64,000 nucleotides of DNA from an uncultured Prevotella sp. (lineage in GTDB: Bacteria > Bacteroidota > Bacteroidia > Bacteroidales > Bacteroidaceae): positions 457 to 64,456 of the forward strand of contig OMUH01000021.1 in the NCBI GenBank assembly GCA_900314195.1, read 5' to 3'. Positions 9,576-20,377 of this stretch are shown here, piece after piece; position 1 is the stretch's first letter, and every line of letters starts with the position of its first letter. Below the pieces are notes generated by a model. The model saw only the letters and a list, made by a program, of their open reading frames with translations, was not told the DNA's origin and did no database searches. The position numbers and the translations under genes were made by a program.

Positions 9576-11380
9576 CCGCCGACGGCATTGCTATATCCGG
9601 AGCCGGCATAGTATGCAGCCTTGGCACTGACCGCGATGCGATACTGTCAGCTCTTTTAAGCGGTCGCACGGGCATTGGTGCAATGCGTTTTCTGCGTTCG
9701 TGCCATACGGAACTGCCTGTCGGCGAGGTGCCGCTGTCGAATGCAGTGATGAAAGAACGACTTTCAATACCGCAGTCGCGGGAGGTAAGCCGCACGGCGC
9801 TGCTCGGTATGATGGCCGTGCGCGATGCCGCGGCCGGATCGCTGCCTGACGCCGCCGGCAGGAAGAACAAGCGCATAGTGCTCGTGTCGGGTACCACGGT
9901 GGCAGGCATGGACATAACCGAACAGAAGTTCGGCGAAATGATGCGCAGCGGCAAGGGCACTGAGAGCCTCGCCCACCATGAGTGCGGCAGCAACACGGCC
10001 GACATTGCCGGTTATTTCGGTTTCTTCGATGACTATACAACGGTGTCTACGGCATGCTCGTCGGCGGCCAATGCCATAATCCTTGGCGCAGACATGCTTC
10101 GTGCCGGCGATGCCGACATAGTGATAGCCGGCGGCACTGAGGCACTGTCGAAATTCCATCTTAACGGCTTCAACTCGCTGATGATTCTCGATCATGCTCT
10201 TTGCCGGCCCTTCGACCGCAGCCGCAGCGGACTGAACCTCGGCGAGGGCGCGGCCTATATCGTTATGGAGCGGGGCAGTGATGCTGAAGGGCGTAAGGCT
10301 CATGTCCTCGGCTGGCTGACCGGCTGCGGCAATGCCTGTGACGCGTTTCATCAGACGGCGTCGTCACCCGACGGCTGCGGGGCACGCCTTGCCATGCAGC
10401 AGGCTCTGTCCATGGCGGGCCTGCACCCGGAAGACATTGACTGGATACATGCCCACGGCACGGGAACGGAAAACAACGATGCCAGCGAGAGCGCAGCCAT
10501 AAAGACGGTGTTCGGCGCTGACGGACATGCTGTGCCGCCGGTGTCGAGTACAAAGTCGTTCACAGGGCATACCACAAGCGCCTCGGGAGCCATCTCTGCC
10601 GTCATAGCTTTGCTGGCAATGAAAAACAGTTTCATTCCGGCAAACATAGGGTGGAGGGAGCCTTTCGACGGCGGACTGCACCCGTGCATGGGACTCACTG
10701 GCGTCAAGCTGCATAACATAATGTGCAACTCGTTCGGCTTCGGCGGCAATGACTCGTCGCTGATTATCAGCGATGCTCCCACGGACGGCAGACTGACGGC
10801 AGCCGTTGCCTCAGAGGATGACATAATTGAACTTGCGCGTGTTGAGAATGCCGGAACAGAAAATCTGAAAGCCGTCAGCCGTTATGTGAAGCCCATTGCG
10901 GCGCGCCGCATGGGCAAGCTGATGAAGAGCACGCTGCTCACATCTCTTGAAGCCGTTGAGCAGAGCGGTGCCGGAATGCCTGATGCCATTGTCACGGCTA
11001 CGGCATGGGGATGTCTGGAAAACAGTGAGAAACTGCTTCAGCAGCTTGAAGAGGCCGAGGACGCGCTCAGTCCGACACTGTTCATGCAGAGCACTCACAA
11101 CACGCTCGGCGGTCTTATTGCCATAAACATAGGAAATCATGGATATAATGTAACTTTGTCGCAGGGCAGCAGGTCTTATGAGTGGGCAGTGAGGCAGGCC
11201 TCTCTGCTGCTGCGGCTCGGCAGGTGCCGCACGGTGCTTGTCGGCTGCCATGACGAGAGCACGCCGCTGTTTAATTCTTTCCGCCGCTCGGCAGGTATGG
11301 GCGCGCTGCCCGAAGTGCATTCCGTTGCTGTGGTGCTCGCGCTGAAAGAGCAAAAGAAGCAGGAGGCGGCAAAACAATAA
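9572..11380 (+). CDS. Fused ketosynthase + chain-length-factor-like domain (KS-CLF 2)
   Basis: STACSSAANA, HGTGT, TGHTTSA, NSFGFGGN, then a CLF-like domain (ARRMGKLMK...LSPTLFMQSTHNT). Confidence 0.87.
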   Translation: MTADGIAISGAGIVCSLGTDRDAILSALLSGRTGIGAMRFLRSCHTELPVGEVPLSNAVMKERLSIPQSREVSRTALLGMMAVRDAAAGSLPDAAGRKNKRIVLVSGTTVAGMDITEQKFGEMMRSGKGTESLAHHECGSNTADIAGYFGFFDDYTTVSTACSSAANAIILGADMLRAGDADIVIAGGTEALSKFHLNGFNSLMILDHALCRPFDRSRSGLNLGEGAAYIVMERGSDAEGRKAHVLGWLTGCGNACDAFHQTASSPDGCGARLAMQQALSMAGLHPEDIDWIHAHGTGTENNDASESAAIKTVFGADGHAVPPVSSTKSFTGHTTSASGAISAVIALLAMKNSFIPANIGWREPFDGGLHPCMGLTGVKLHNIMCNSFGFGGNDSSLIISDAPTDGRLTAAVASEDDIIELARVENAGTENLKAVSRYVKPIAARRMGKLMKSTLLTSLEAVEQSGAGMPDAIVTATAWGCLENSEKLLQQLEEAEDALSPTLFMQSTHNTLGGLIAINIGNHGYNVTLSQGSRSYEWAVRQASLLLRLGRCRTVLVGCHDESTPLFNSFRRSAGMGALPEVHSVAVVLALKEQKKQEAAKQ

Positions 11381-11395
11381 AACTATGTTAGCTTT

Positions 11396-11749
11396 ATGTT
11401 GAAAATATTGTCACTTGCAGCCGTGCAGAGTGTCTGCCTTGTCCTGGGACAGGTGTTTCTTAAATACGTCATGGCGCGCATGCAGCCCTTCGGCTGGACG
11501 TGGACGTTCTGGGGCAGCCTGCTTGCAAACTGGCAGTTTGCTCTTTGCGGCCTGTTCTTCCTCTGTGGCTCGCTGCTGTGGATATATATGCTTAAGACAT
11601 GGCCGTTCAGTGTCATCTATCCGCTGTCGTCGCTGAGCTATGTGTTCGGCATGGCGGCTGCCGTGCTCTTCTTCCATGAAAGCGTGCCGGCGGCGCGCTG
11701 GGCAGGAGTGGCACTTATCATGGCCGGCTGCTGCCTTGTGGTGAAGTGA
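11396..11749 (+). CDS. Small DMT/EamA (ArnE/F-like) membrane transporter or flippase
   Basis: 117 aa, four hydrophobic segments, FSVIYPLSSLSYV and FFHESV motifs. Confidence 0.8.
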   Translation: MLKILSLAAVQSVCLVLGQVFLKYVMARMQPFGWTWTFWGSLLANWQFALCGLFFLCGSLLWIYMLKTWPFSVIYPLSSLSYVFGMAAAVLFFHESVPAARWAGVALIMAGCCLVVK

Positions 11750-11827
11750 CGTGCTGCCTTGTGCGGCTGAGGAATGTTATATTGGTGAATATAATTGATA
11801 ATGTATTGATTTTTAATTTATCGATAA

Positions 11828-12448
11828 ATGAAAAAGACACTGTTTTTATTTCTGATGGCTCTTCTGCCGTTGCTTCTGCCGGCGCAGAACATTACTGAGG
11901 CGCAGGCACGCAAGCGCATAGCGGCAATGGCATCAGGTTTGAACACCATGCAGTGTGATTTCGTGCAGACAAAGACCATCAGTATGCTGAAGAGCAAGGT
12001 GGTGTCGCGCGGTAAGATGTATTATTCGCGTCCGACACGCCTTCGCTGGTCATACACGTCGCCCTACAGCTATACGCTTGTGCTCTCCGGCTCTTCTGTT
12101 ACCATGAAAGGCGCCGGCGGCAAGACGGTTGCCGATGCGTCGAAGAACAAGCTGTTCAAGGAGATTACCCGCATAATGATGAGCAGTATGGTAGGCACGT
12201 GTGTGTCTGACAACCGCAGCTTCAAGGTGTCGCTGTCGGGCAGCGGCACGTCATGGCGTGCCTTCCTCATACCCCGGCGCAGTGCTATGCGCGGCATGTT
12301 CAGCTCCATAACCGTGTTCTTTGACCTTCGCCGTTCGGTGGTCAGCGGTGTGCGGATGATAGAGAAAAACGGCGACAGAACAGACATAGTGTTGAAAAAT
12401 CAAAAGACAAATGTTCCGCTCAATGCCAGAATTTTTACGGTTAAATAG
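11828..12448 (+). CDS. LolA-like outer-membrane lipoprotein carrier protein
   Basis: Signal peptide; QCDFVQTK, SRGKMYYSRPTRLRWSYTSP. Confidence 0.85.
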   Translation: MKKTLFLFLMALLPLLLPAQNITEAQARKRIAAMASGLNTMQCDFVQTKTISMLKSKVVSRGKMYYSRPTRLRWSYTSPYSYTLVLSGSSVTMKGAGGKTVADASKNKLFKEITRIMMSSMVGTCVSDNRSFKVSLSGSGTSWRAFLIPRRSAMRGMFSSITVFFDLRRSVVSGVRMIEKNGDRTDIVLKNQKTNVPLNARIFTVK

Positions 12449-12878
12449 CCTTCTGCTTTTCTTCCTGCTGCTGCCGGCCGGTGTGCTGTCGCAGCAGGTT
12501 GTCTTTCCTTCTGCCGGCACGCAGAAAACGTATAACATCGTCATGCGTGCAGAGAAAGGTGCTGTCAGCGGCGTGTGTGTGCTTGCCAATGACAGCGACA
12601 GCATACGCGGTGCCGTTGTCAATGAGTTCGGCCTCACCCTTGTGGCTTTTGTGTCGTCAGCCGGCGGCAGTGTAAGGCTGCTCAGCGTGGCCGCCATGCT
12701 TGACAGATGGTACATACGTCCGGTGCTCGAAAGCGAGATAGGCGGTATGCTTGCCGCTCTGCGTGACGGACATGACACCTACACAGACAGCCGCCGCGGC
12801 ATAACCGTCAGTCTGTCGCCGGCAGATGACGCGCCGGAAGAACAATCAGACGGCAGCGGCGATGAGCTGCCCGAGTAA
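12411..12878 (+). CDS. Hypothetical exported protein of the PKS cluster
   Basis: Hydrophobic N-terminus; SGVCVL/VVNEFGL; coupled between the LolA-like and dehydratase genes. Confidence 0.6.
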   Translation: MFRSMPEFLRLNSLLLFFLLLPAGVLSQQVVFPSAGTQKTYNIVMRAEKGAVSGVCVLANDSDSIRGAVVNEFGLTLVAFVSSAGGSVRLLSVAAMLDRWYIRPVLESEIGGMLAALRDGHDTYTDSRRGITVSLSPADDAPEEQSDGSGDELPE

Positions 12879-12898
12879 TCATGTAAAAGCAGAATAAG

Positions 12899-13294
12899 AT
12901 GACCATATTGAAAGACAGCCTCTATATTCTTGAGGAACACACAACTACTGCCGGCGGTGCCATCTGCCGTGTGCGCCTCAATGCTGCCGATGCCGTTTAC
13001 AAGGCTCACTTCCCCGGGCATCCTGTCACCCCCGGTGCCGTCATCGTTCAGATGGCTGCCGAGCTGCTCGACATCGTGGTCGGTGCGGAACTGGAGATAA
13101 GCAGCATCGGCAGCGTGAAGTTTCTTCGTGAGCTGTCGCCGCTGTCAGCCCCGGCCTTCACCGTAGCGTTCACGCACTTGCGCCGCGACGGCCGTTCCGT
13201 GTCAGCGCGTGCCGCGGTGTCGGCTGAAGGCGTGCAGTATGCTGTCATGTCGGTCGTATGTGTAAAAAAATTAAAAAAGGATACTTGTGGTTAG
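12899..13294 (+). CDS. FabA/FabZ-like dehydratase (ApeI-like)
   Basis: VYKAHFPGHPVTPG motif, VKFL. Confidence 0.85.
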   Translation: MTILKDSLYILEEHTTTAGGAICRVRLNAADAVYKAHFPGHPVTPGAVIVQMAAELLDIVVGAELEISSIGSVKFLRELSPLSAPAFTVAFTHLRRDGRSVSARAAVSAEGVQYAVMSVVCVKKLKKDTCG

Positions 13295-14840
13295 ACAGTC
13301 AGACAATAACAGTATTGTGACAGATATGGATACAGATACAGATAAGAAGACAGATAAGAAGGCAGACAAGGAAAATGTGCGCCGCGGCCTTCGTGCGCGC
13401 GGCATCTGTGTCATTATACCTGTATATAATAATGTGGGAACCGTAGGCCGTGTGGTGTCAGACGTTCTTGCCTATTGCTCCGACGTCATCGTTGTCGACG
13501 ACGGAAGCGATGACGGCACCGCCGCCGTGCTGTCGTCATTCTCAGATATTCATGTGGTCACGCTGCCCGTCAACGGTGGCAAGGGCCATGCCTTGAAATG
13601 CGGCTTTGCCAAGGCACTTAGCCTTGGCTTTTCTTATGCCGTCACCCTCGATGCCGACGGACAGCATTATGCCTCAGACATACCGGCATTTCTTGATGCC
13701 AGCATCCGCTGGCCCGGTGCCGTCATCCTCGGCAACCGCCGCCGCGACAGCATACACCGTTCTGCCGGCAGCAATTTTGCCAACCATTTTTCCAACTTCT
13801 GGTTTTTCGTGCAGACAGGGCGCCGCCTTCCCGACACGCAGACGGGCTACCGTCTCTATCCGCTGCGCCGCCTTCACGGCTTCCGGCTCATGACATCGCG
13901 CTATGAGGCTGAGCTTGAGCTCATTGTGTTTGCCTCATGGCATGGCGTTGACATACACACCGTTCCCGTAGACGTTTATTATCCACCGGAAGAAGAACGC
14001 GTCAGTCATTTCCGGCCGGCCGCCGACTTCACACGGATTAGCATTCTCAACACGTTGCTGTGCGTGCTTGCCGTTGTCTACGGTCTGCCGCTGCGCCTGT
14101 GGCGTCTGCTTGCAGCGTGCCTGCGCACGATGGTTGCCGTGCTGTTCTTCCTCTTCGCATCTTTCTTTGTCATGCTGCCCGCCGCATGGCTCATCATGCG
14201 CCGTCCCGGCCCGTCGGCCACGCGCCGCATACACAAGCTCATCTACCTCATGTCACGCTTTGTGACACTGAGGCTCGGCGTGCCCGGCGCACATTTCAGC
14301 AACAGCATTGCCGGCAGTGCCTTCGAACGGCCGTCAGTGGTCATCTGTAATCATCAGTCGCACCTCGACCTCATCTATCTGCTGTCGCTGACGCCGAAGA
14401 TGGTGTTCCTTACCAACGACAGAGTGTGGCACAGTCCGTTCTACGGCTATCTAATACATCATGCGGAATATTATCCCGTGTCAATGGGCATCGACAGCCT
14501 GCTGCCGCGCCTCCGCGACCTCATGTCGCGCGGCTACAGCATAGCGCTTTTTCCGGAGGGCACGCGCTCTGCCGACTGCCGTATAGGCCGTTTCCACCGT
14601 GGTGCTTTTTATCTTGCGCACCGGCTCGGCTGCGGCATCACGCCAGTATTTCTCTACGGCACGGGACGCGTACTGCCAAAGCACGGCCATGTGTTCAGAA
14701 AAAGCGAGGTGTTCATGGAGGTGCAGAAGGCACGGCAGTGCGATGACAGTGAGCCGCTCGGTGAGCAGACACGATTCTTCCGGCATTATTATCAGAATCA
14801 TTTCCGTGAACTGTGCGACCGTCTCGACCGGCTGGCCTGA
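13287..14840 (+). CDS. GT2 glycosyltransferase fused to a PlsC-type acyltransferase
   Basis: IIPVYNN, VVDDGSDD, LDADGQH, DTQTGYRLY (GT2); TM linker; NHQSHLD and FPEGTRS (PlsC). Confidence 0.88.
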   Translation: MVRQSDNNSIVTDMDTDTDKKTDKKADKENVRRGLRARGICVIIPVYNNVGTVGRVVSDVLAYCSDVIVVDDGSDDGTAAVLSSFSDIHVVTLPVNGGKGHALKCGFAKALSLGFSYAVTLDADGQHYASDIPAFLDASIRWPGAVILGNRRRDSIHRSAGSNFANHFSNFWFFVQTGRRLPDTQTGYRLYPLRRLHGFRLMTSRYEAELELIVFASWHGVDIHTVPVDVYYPPEEERVSHFRPAADFTRISILNTLLCVLAVVYGLPLRLWRLLAACLRTMVAVLFFLFASFFVMLPAAWLIMRRPGPSATRRIHKLIYLMSRFVTLRLGVPGAHFSNSIAGSAFERPSVVICNHQSHLDLIYLLSLTPKMVFLTNDRVWHSPFYGYLIHHAEYYPVSMGIDSLLPRLRDLMSRGYSIALFPEGTRSADCRIGRFHRGAFYLAHRLGCGITPVFLYGTGRVLPKHGHVFRKSEVFMEVQKARQCDDSEPLGEQTRFFRHYYQNHFRELCDRLDRLA

Positions 14841-14881
14841 AGAAAGCAGCCGCATACATAATATCCGAATAATTTTTTACG

Positions 14882-15796
14882 ATGAAAAAGGCTGTAAAGA
14901 GCTTGTTGAATATATCTGTGCATCAGTGCCATGCCGTCTGCATGGCGTTGCTTTTTGCGGCTGCGCTGCCTGCTTTCTGCGGCACGCATGCAGCAGCCCA
15001 GCCATTCGATATCTGGCTGGGCACCGGTGTTCACCACCGTGTTACGCTGACGCCATATCTTGCTGCCGGCAGCCACAGGCCTGCTGTTATAGTATGTCCC
15101 GGCGGTAGTTATTTCTGGCACGACATGGTTGCCGAGGGTGACTCTGTGGGGCGCTGGCTTCAGCGCAACGGCATCAGTGCCTTCGTGTTGCGCTACCGCA
15201 CGGGCTATGTGCCGGCGTTCATCACGCATTACCGTCTTCTCTTCCGCGGCAACCGCCATCCTGATGCCATTAACGACCTGCGGCGCGCTTTGAGCATAGT
15301 CAGAGGGCGTGCCGCAGAGTGGGGCATAGACACCGCCTGCATCGGCGTCATGGGCTTCTCCGCCGGCGGACATCTTGCCATGAGTGCCGTGGAGCTGCTG
15401 CCGCGCGGGGAATGGCCGGCGTTTGTAGTGCCAGTCTATCCTGTGGTCACCATGGAGAAGGAGTGTGTGCACAAGCGGTCGCGGCGCGGCCTGCTCGGCG
15501 ACAGCCGTGAGCGCAACCGCCGCCTACGCAATGAGCTGTCAATGGAGGAGCATGTTCCTGCCGGATGTCCGCCGGTGTTCGTCGTCAACTGCCTCGACGA
15601 CCCCATAGTGCGCCATGAGAATGCCGAACTGCTCGATTCGGCCCTTACGGCAGGCGGCGTCAGACACAGGTTCATACAATACCGCACCGGCGGCCACGGC
15701 TTCGGTGCCTCGTCGCTGAAGGGCACGGCAGAGTGCCGGCAGTGGCGCGCCGAGTTTATAAAATGGTTTGACAGTATTTGGGGCAAACGCATTTGA
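14882..15796 (+). CDS. Exported alpha/beta hydrolase (BD-FAE/xylan esterase-like)
   Basis: Signal peptide; VCPGGSY, GFSAGGHLA nucleophile, DDPIV and GGHGFG. Confidence 0.82.
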   Translation: MKKAVKSLLNISVHQCHAVCMALLFAAALPAFCGTHAAAQPFDIWLGTGVHHRVTLTPYLAAGSHRPAVIVCPGGSYFWHDMVAEGDSVGRWLQRNGISAFVLRYRTGYVPAFITHYRLLFRGNRHPDAINDLRRALSIVRGRAAEWGIDTACIGVMGFSAGGHLAMSAVELLPRGEWPAFVVPVYPVVTMEKECVHKRSRRGLLGDSRERNRRLRNELSMEEHVPAGCPPVFVVNCLDDPIVRHENAELLDSALTAGGVRHRFIQYRTGGHGFGASSLKGTAECRQWRAEFIKWFDSIWGKRI

Positions 15797-15852
15797 CGTC
15801 TGTCCTTAGCAAACCTCTTTGACAAACGTCTTTAGCAAACGAAATATAAGCA

Positions 15853-18651
15853 ATGGTAAGACTAATCCTGCGTATTTATGATTATTTGTCGGGCCGCCGC
15901 TGGCTTACGTATGCCATTCTAGTGGCCACGGTAATGGTTCTCAACATCCTTCTGCTGCGAGTGCATTATCAGGAAGACATATCAGCGTTTCTGCCTCTCG
16001 ACAGCCGCGGGCAGAAGTCGGCGCGCGTCTATCAGACCCTCTCCGGCTCCGACCGCATAGTGGCCCTCGTCAGTCTTCGCGACACGACGGCCGCAGACCC
16101 AGACCGTGTCAGCGCAGCCGCCGTAAGGCTCGGCGGGGAGCTGCGGCGCTCAGGCATTGCCGACAGCAGCATGACCGTCACGGCTGACATGTCGCGCATG
16201 GCAGCGCTGACGCAGTTTGTTACATATAATATACCATATTTTCTCACATCTGCCGACTATGCCCGCATGGAGCGTCAGCTCGCTGATCCGCAGTTCCTGG
16301 AGAAAAGCCTTGCCCATGACCGTGAGCTTCTGCTCCTGCCGTCGGGCGGTGTTGCCTCTGCCGCGATAGGCTCTGATCCGCTCGGATTGTTCACGCCCGT
16401 GCTCAGCCGTCTGTCATCGCAGCATTCAGATGCACGCTATGAGCTCTATGACGGTTGTATCATGACGCCCGACATGCGCTGTGCCATTGTCACAGTAACC
16501 TCTCCTTACGGATCGAGCGAGACAGAACACAACCGGGTGCTCGTTGACAGCATCAGCAGTGCGGCACGCCGCGTGGAGCATTCGCTGCCCTCAGTGGGCA
16601 TCCGCCTCACCGGCGGTCCGGTGATAGCTGTCGGCAATGCCGCCCAGATAAAAAGCGACAGTCTGCTGTCTGTGTCTGTTGCCGGCGTGCTCATACTGAT
16701 ATTGCTCATTGCCGCCTTCCGCAGCGCGCGCAACATCATTCTCGTCTTTGTGTCTGTGTCGTGGGGCTGGCTGTTTGCCCTCGGCGCGTTGTCACTCATA
16801 CACAACGGCGTGTCGGTAATCGTTATCGGCATCTCGTCGGTCATCATAGGTCTTGCTGTCAACTATCCGCTGCATCTCATCTCGCATCTCTCCCATACTC
16901 CCGATGTGCGGCGTGCCTTGCTCGAGCTGCTCATGCCGCTGCTCATCGGCAACATCACAACTATCGGTGCCTTTCTGACACTTGTGCCGCTGCGTGCCGC
17001 CGCACTGCGCGACCTCGGACTGTTCGCCTCGTTGCTTCTTCTTGGCACCATTCTCTTCACGCTTGTCTTCCTTCCCCACATGATTCGTGCCGGCCGTGCG
17101 GCACCCTCCGTGCATGGCGACGACAGCGTGCCGGCCGGGACTGCTCCGCTGCGCATGTGGCCTGTGGCCGTAGTAGGCATTGTCACGGTGGCACTCGCCG
17201 TTTTCAGTACGCGCACCTCGTTTGACACTGACATGTCGCACATTAATTATATGTCAGACGAGGAGAAGGCCGACGTGGCTTATCTCATGCGGCAGGGACT
17301 TGGCGGTATGCGTGCCGACAGCGTGCGCGATGTGTATGTGGTGTCAAGCGGCCGCACCGTCGATGCTGCCCTGGCCGCCAACGAGGCAGTTCTTGACAGT
17401 CTTTCTTCCTTTGCCGGTGGCCGCCTGTCGTCGCCGTCGTCATTCTTAGCCTCTCGCGCAGAGCAGAGACGCCGTCTGGCGGCATGGCAGCAGTTTGTGG
17501 ACAGACACCGTGCGCAGCTGACGTCAGGCCTGCGTGCCGCGGCACAGTCGGCCGGCTTCGCCCCCGATGCCTTCAGTGCGTTTTATGAGCTCACGGAGCG
17601 CAGGTATGCCGTCCGCGAACCGGCATATTTCTCGCCGCTGCTGACGGCAATGCCCAACAGCATCGGATATGATTCGGCAGACTCTACATTTAACGTCGTC
17701 AATGTGCTCAGCGTGCCTGCGCGGCAGCTCAGCGCCGTCATGGACGGGCTTCACAGCCGTGTCGACGATGCCTGTCATTTCCATTTCGAGATAGGACGTC
17801 TCAACAGCAGCATGGCAGAGACGCTGTCAGACAACTTCAACTATATCGGCGTGGCCTGTGGCTTCATCGTGTTCTTCTTTCTGTGGCTGTCTATGGGCAG
17901 CATAGAGCTGGCCGCGCTGTCGTTCCTGCCGATGGCTGTCAGCTGGGTGTGGATACTCGGCATAATGGGACTTGCCGGCATCAATTTCAACATCGTGAAC
18001 ATCATCCTTGCCACGTTCATCTTCGGACAGGGCGACGACTATACTATCTTCATCACCGAAGGCTGTCAGTATGAGTATGCCTATGGCCGCCGTATGCTGA
18101 GGTCATACAAGAGAAGCATACTGCTCTCTGCGCTTATCATGTTTGTCGGCATCGGCGCTCTCATCCTCGCACGCCATCCGGCGCTGCGCTCTCTTGCCGA
18201 GGTAACCATTGTGGGCATGTTCTCAGTGGTGCTCATGGCATGGCTGCTGCCCCCGTTCGTGTTCCGTCTGCTCGTGTCGCGGCGCGACGGCACGCTTCGC
18301 CGCCGTCCCGTCACCCTTCGCCGCCTTCTTCGCGGCTCTTGTTCTGATAAATGTCTTCCCGGACGCTCCGACAGCTATTATGAGCGCTATGTGCGTGATG
18401 TCTATTACTATTGCGGCACTGACATTGTCAGAACCGTTAAGGCATCGCTTGCCGGCCGGGACCCATCAGTAAGCGTGTCGTCATCAGGTGCCATCACCGT
18501 TGGCGGAGGCTCTTACGGTGCAGTAGCTCTCTTTGAGGCACTGAAACATCCTGATGCCGTTGTCACGGCCCGTGTGATCAATGCCGATGATGAGGCTGTG
18601 TGCCGCCGTATTGCCATGCGCGTGGCGCCTAACATCGTAGTGGCAGAGTGA
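15853..18651 (+). CDS. MMPL/RND-family exporter with degenerate C-terminal extension
   Basis: Two 1+5 TM repeats, GLAVNYPLH and GQGDDYTIF motifs. Confidence 0.88.
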   Translation: MVRLILRIYDYLSGRRWLTYAILVATVMVLNILLLRVHYQEDISAFLPLDSRGQKSARVYQTLSGSDRIVALVSLRDTTAADPDRVSAAAVRLGGELRRSGIADSSMTVTADMSRMAALTQFVTYNIPYFLTSADYARMERQLADPQFLEKSLAHDRELLLLPSGGVASAAIGSDPLGLFTPVLSRLSSQHSDARYELYDGCIMTPDMRCAIVTVTSPYGSSETEHNRVLVDSISSAARRVEHSLPSVGIRLTGGPVIAVGNAAQIKSDSLLSVSVAGVLILILLIAAFRSARNIILVFVSVSWGWLFALGALSLIHNGVSVIVIGISSVIIGLAVNYPLHLISHLSHTPDVRRALLELLMPLLIGNITTIGAFLTLVPLRAAALRDLGLFASLLLLGTILFTLVFLPHMIRAGRAAPSVHGDDSVPAGTAPLRMWPVAVVGIVTVALAVFSTRTSFDTDMSHINYMSDEEKADVAYLMRQGLGGMRADSVRDVYVVSSGRTVDAALAANEAVLDSLSSFAGGRLSSPSSFLASRAEQRRRLAAWQQFVDRHRAQLTSGLRAAAQSAGFAPDAFSAFYELTERRYAVREPAYFSPLLTAMPNSIGYDSADSTFNVVNVLSVPARQLSAVMDGLHSRVDDACHFHFEIGRLNSSMAETLSDNFNYIGVACGFIVFFFLWLSMGSIELAALSFLPMAVSWVWILGIMGLAGINFNIVNIILATFIFGQGDDYTIFITEGCQYEYAYGRRMLRSYKRSILLSALIMFVGIGALILARHPALRSLAEVTIVGMFSVVLMAWLLPPFVFRLLVSRRDGTLRRRPVTLRRLLRGSCSDKCLPGRSDSYYERYVRDVYYYCGTDIVRTVKASLAGRDPSVSVSSSGAITVGGGSYGAVALFEALKHPDAVVTARVINADDEAVCRRIAMRVAPNIVVAE

Positions 18652-18671
18652 TACGTGTAAAATTGTTATAA

Positions 18672-20003
<1,332 letters not shown>

Positions 20004-20079
20004 CGGCAGACGGTCTGGTAAGGCTCAAAATAACGAACAAATAACAATAAAATAAAACAACAATAAAACGAAAACAATA

Positions 20080-20334
20080 ATGTCAGAAAAAACTATTGAG
20101 CAACTTAAAACAGAGATAAGGAAAATGCTTGAAGACGTGCTGCCGCTCGTCGACTTCGATTCTGATTTTCTCTTTGCCGAGCTCGATTCACTCGGCATAA
20201 CGGCCATTCTCATGACCCTCTCGAAGGCTTACGGCATAGACCTTGAATCACCTGATGTAACTCCGAAGAACTTCAAGTCTGTAGAGAGCCTTGCCGTCCT
20301 TGTGAAAAGCCGTATGCAACAGGCCGGCAAGTGA
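20080..20334 (+). CDS. Acyl carrier protein 3 (divergent)
   Basis: 84 aa, ELDSLGI motif, VTPKNFKSVESL C-terminus. Confidence 0.85.
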   Translation: MSEKTIEQLKTEIRKMLEDVLPLVDFDSDFLFAELDSLGITAILMTLSKAYGIDLESPDVTPKNFKSVESLAVLVKSRMQQAGK

Positions 20335-20377
20335 CAGATAATCTTAATAAATCACAGAAATTCGTTATTCATTTCAA

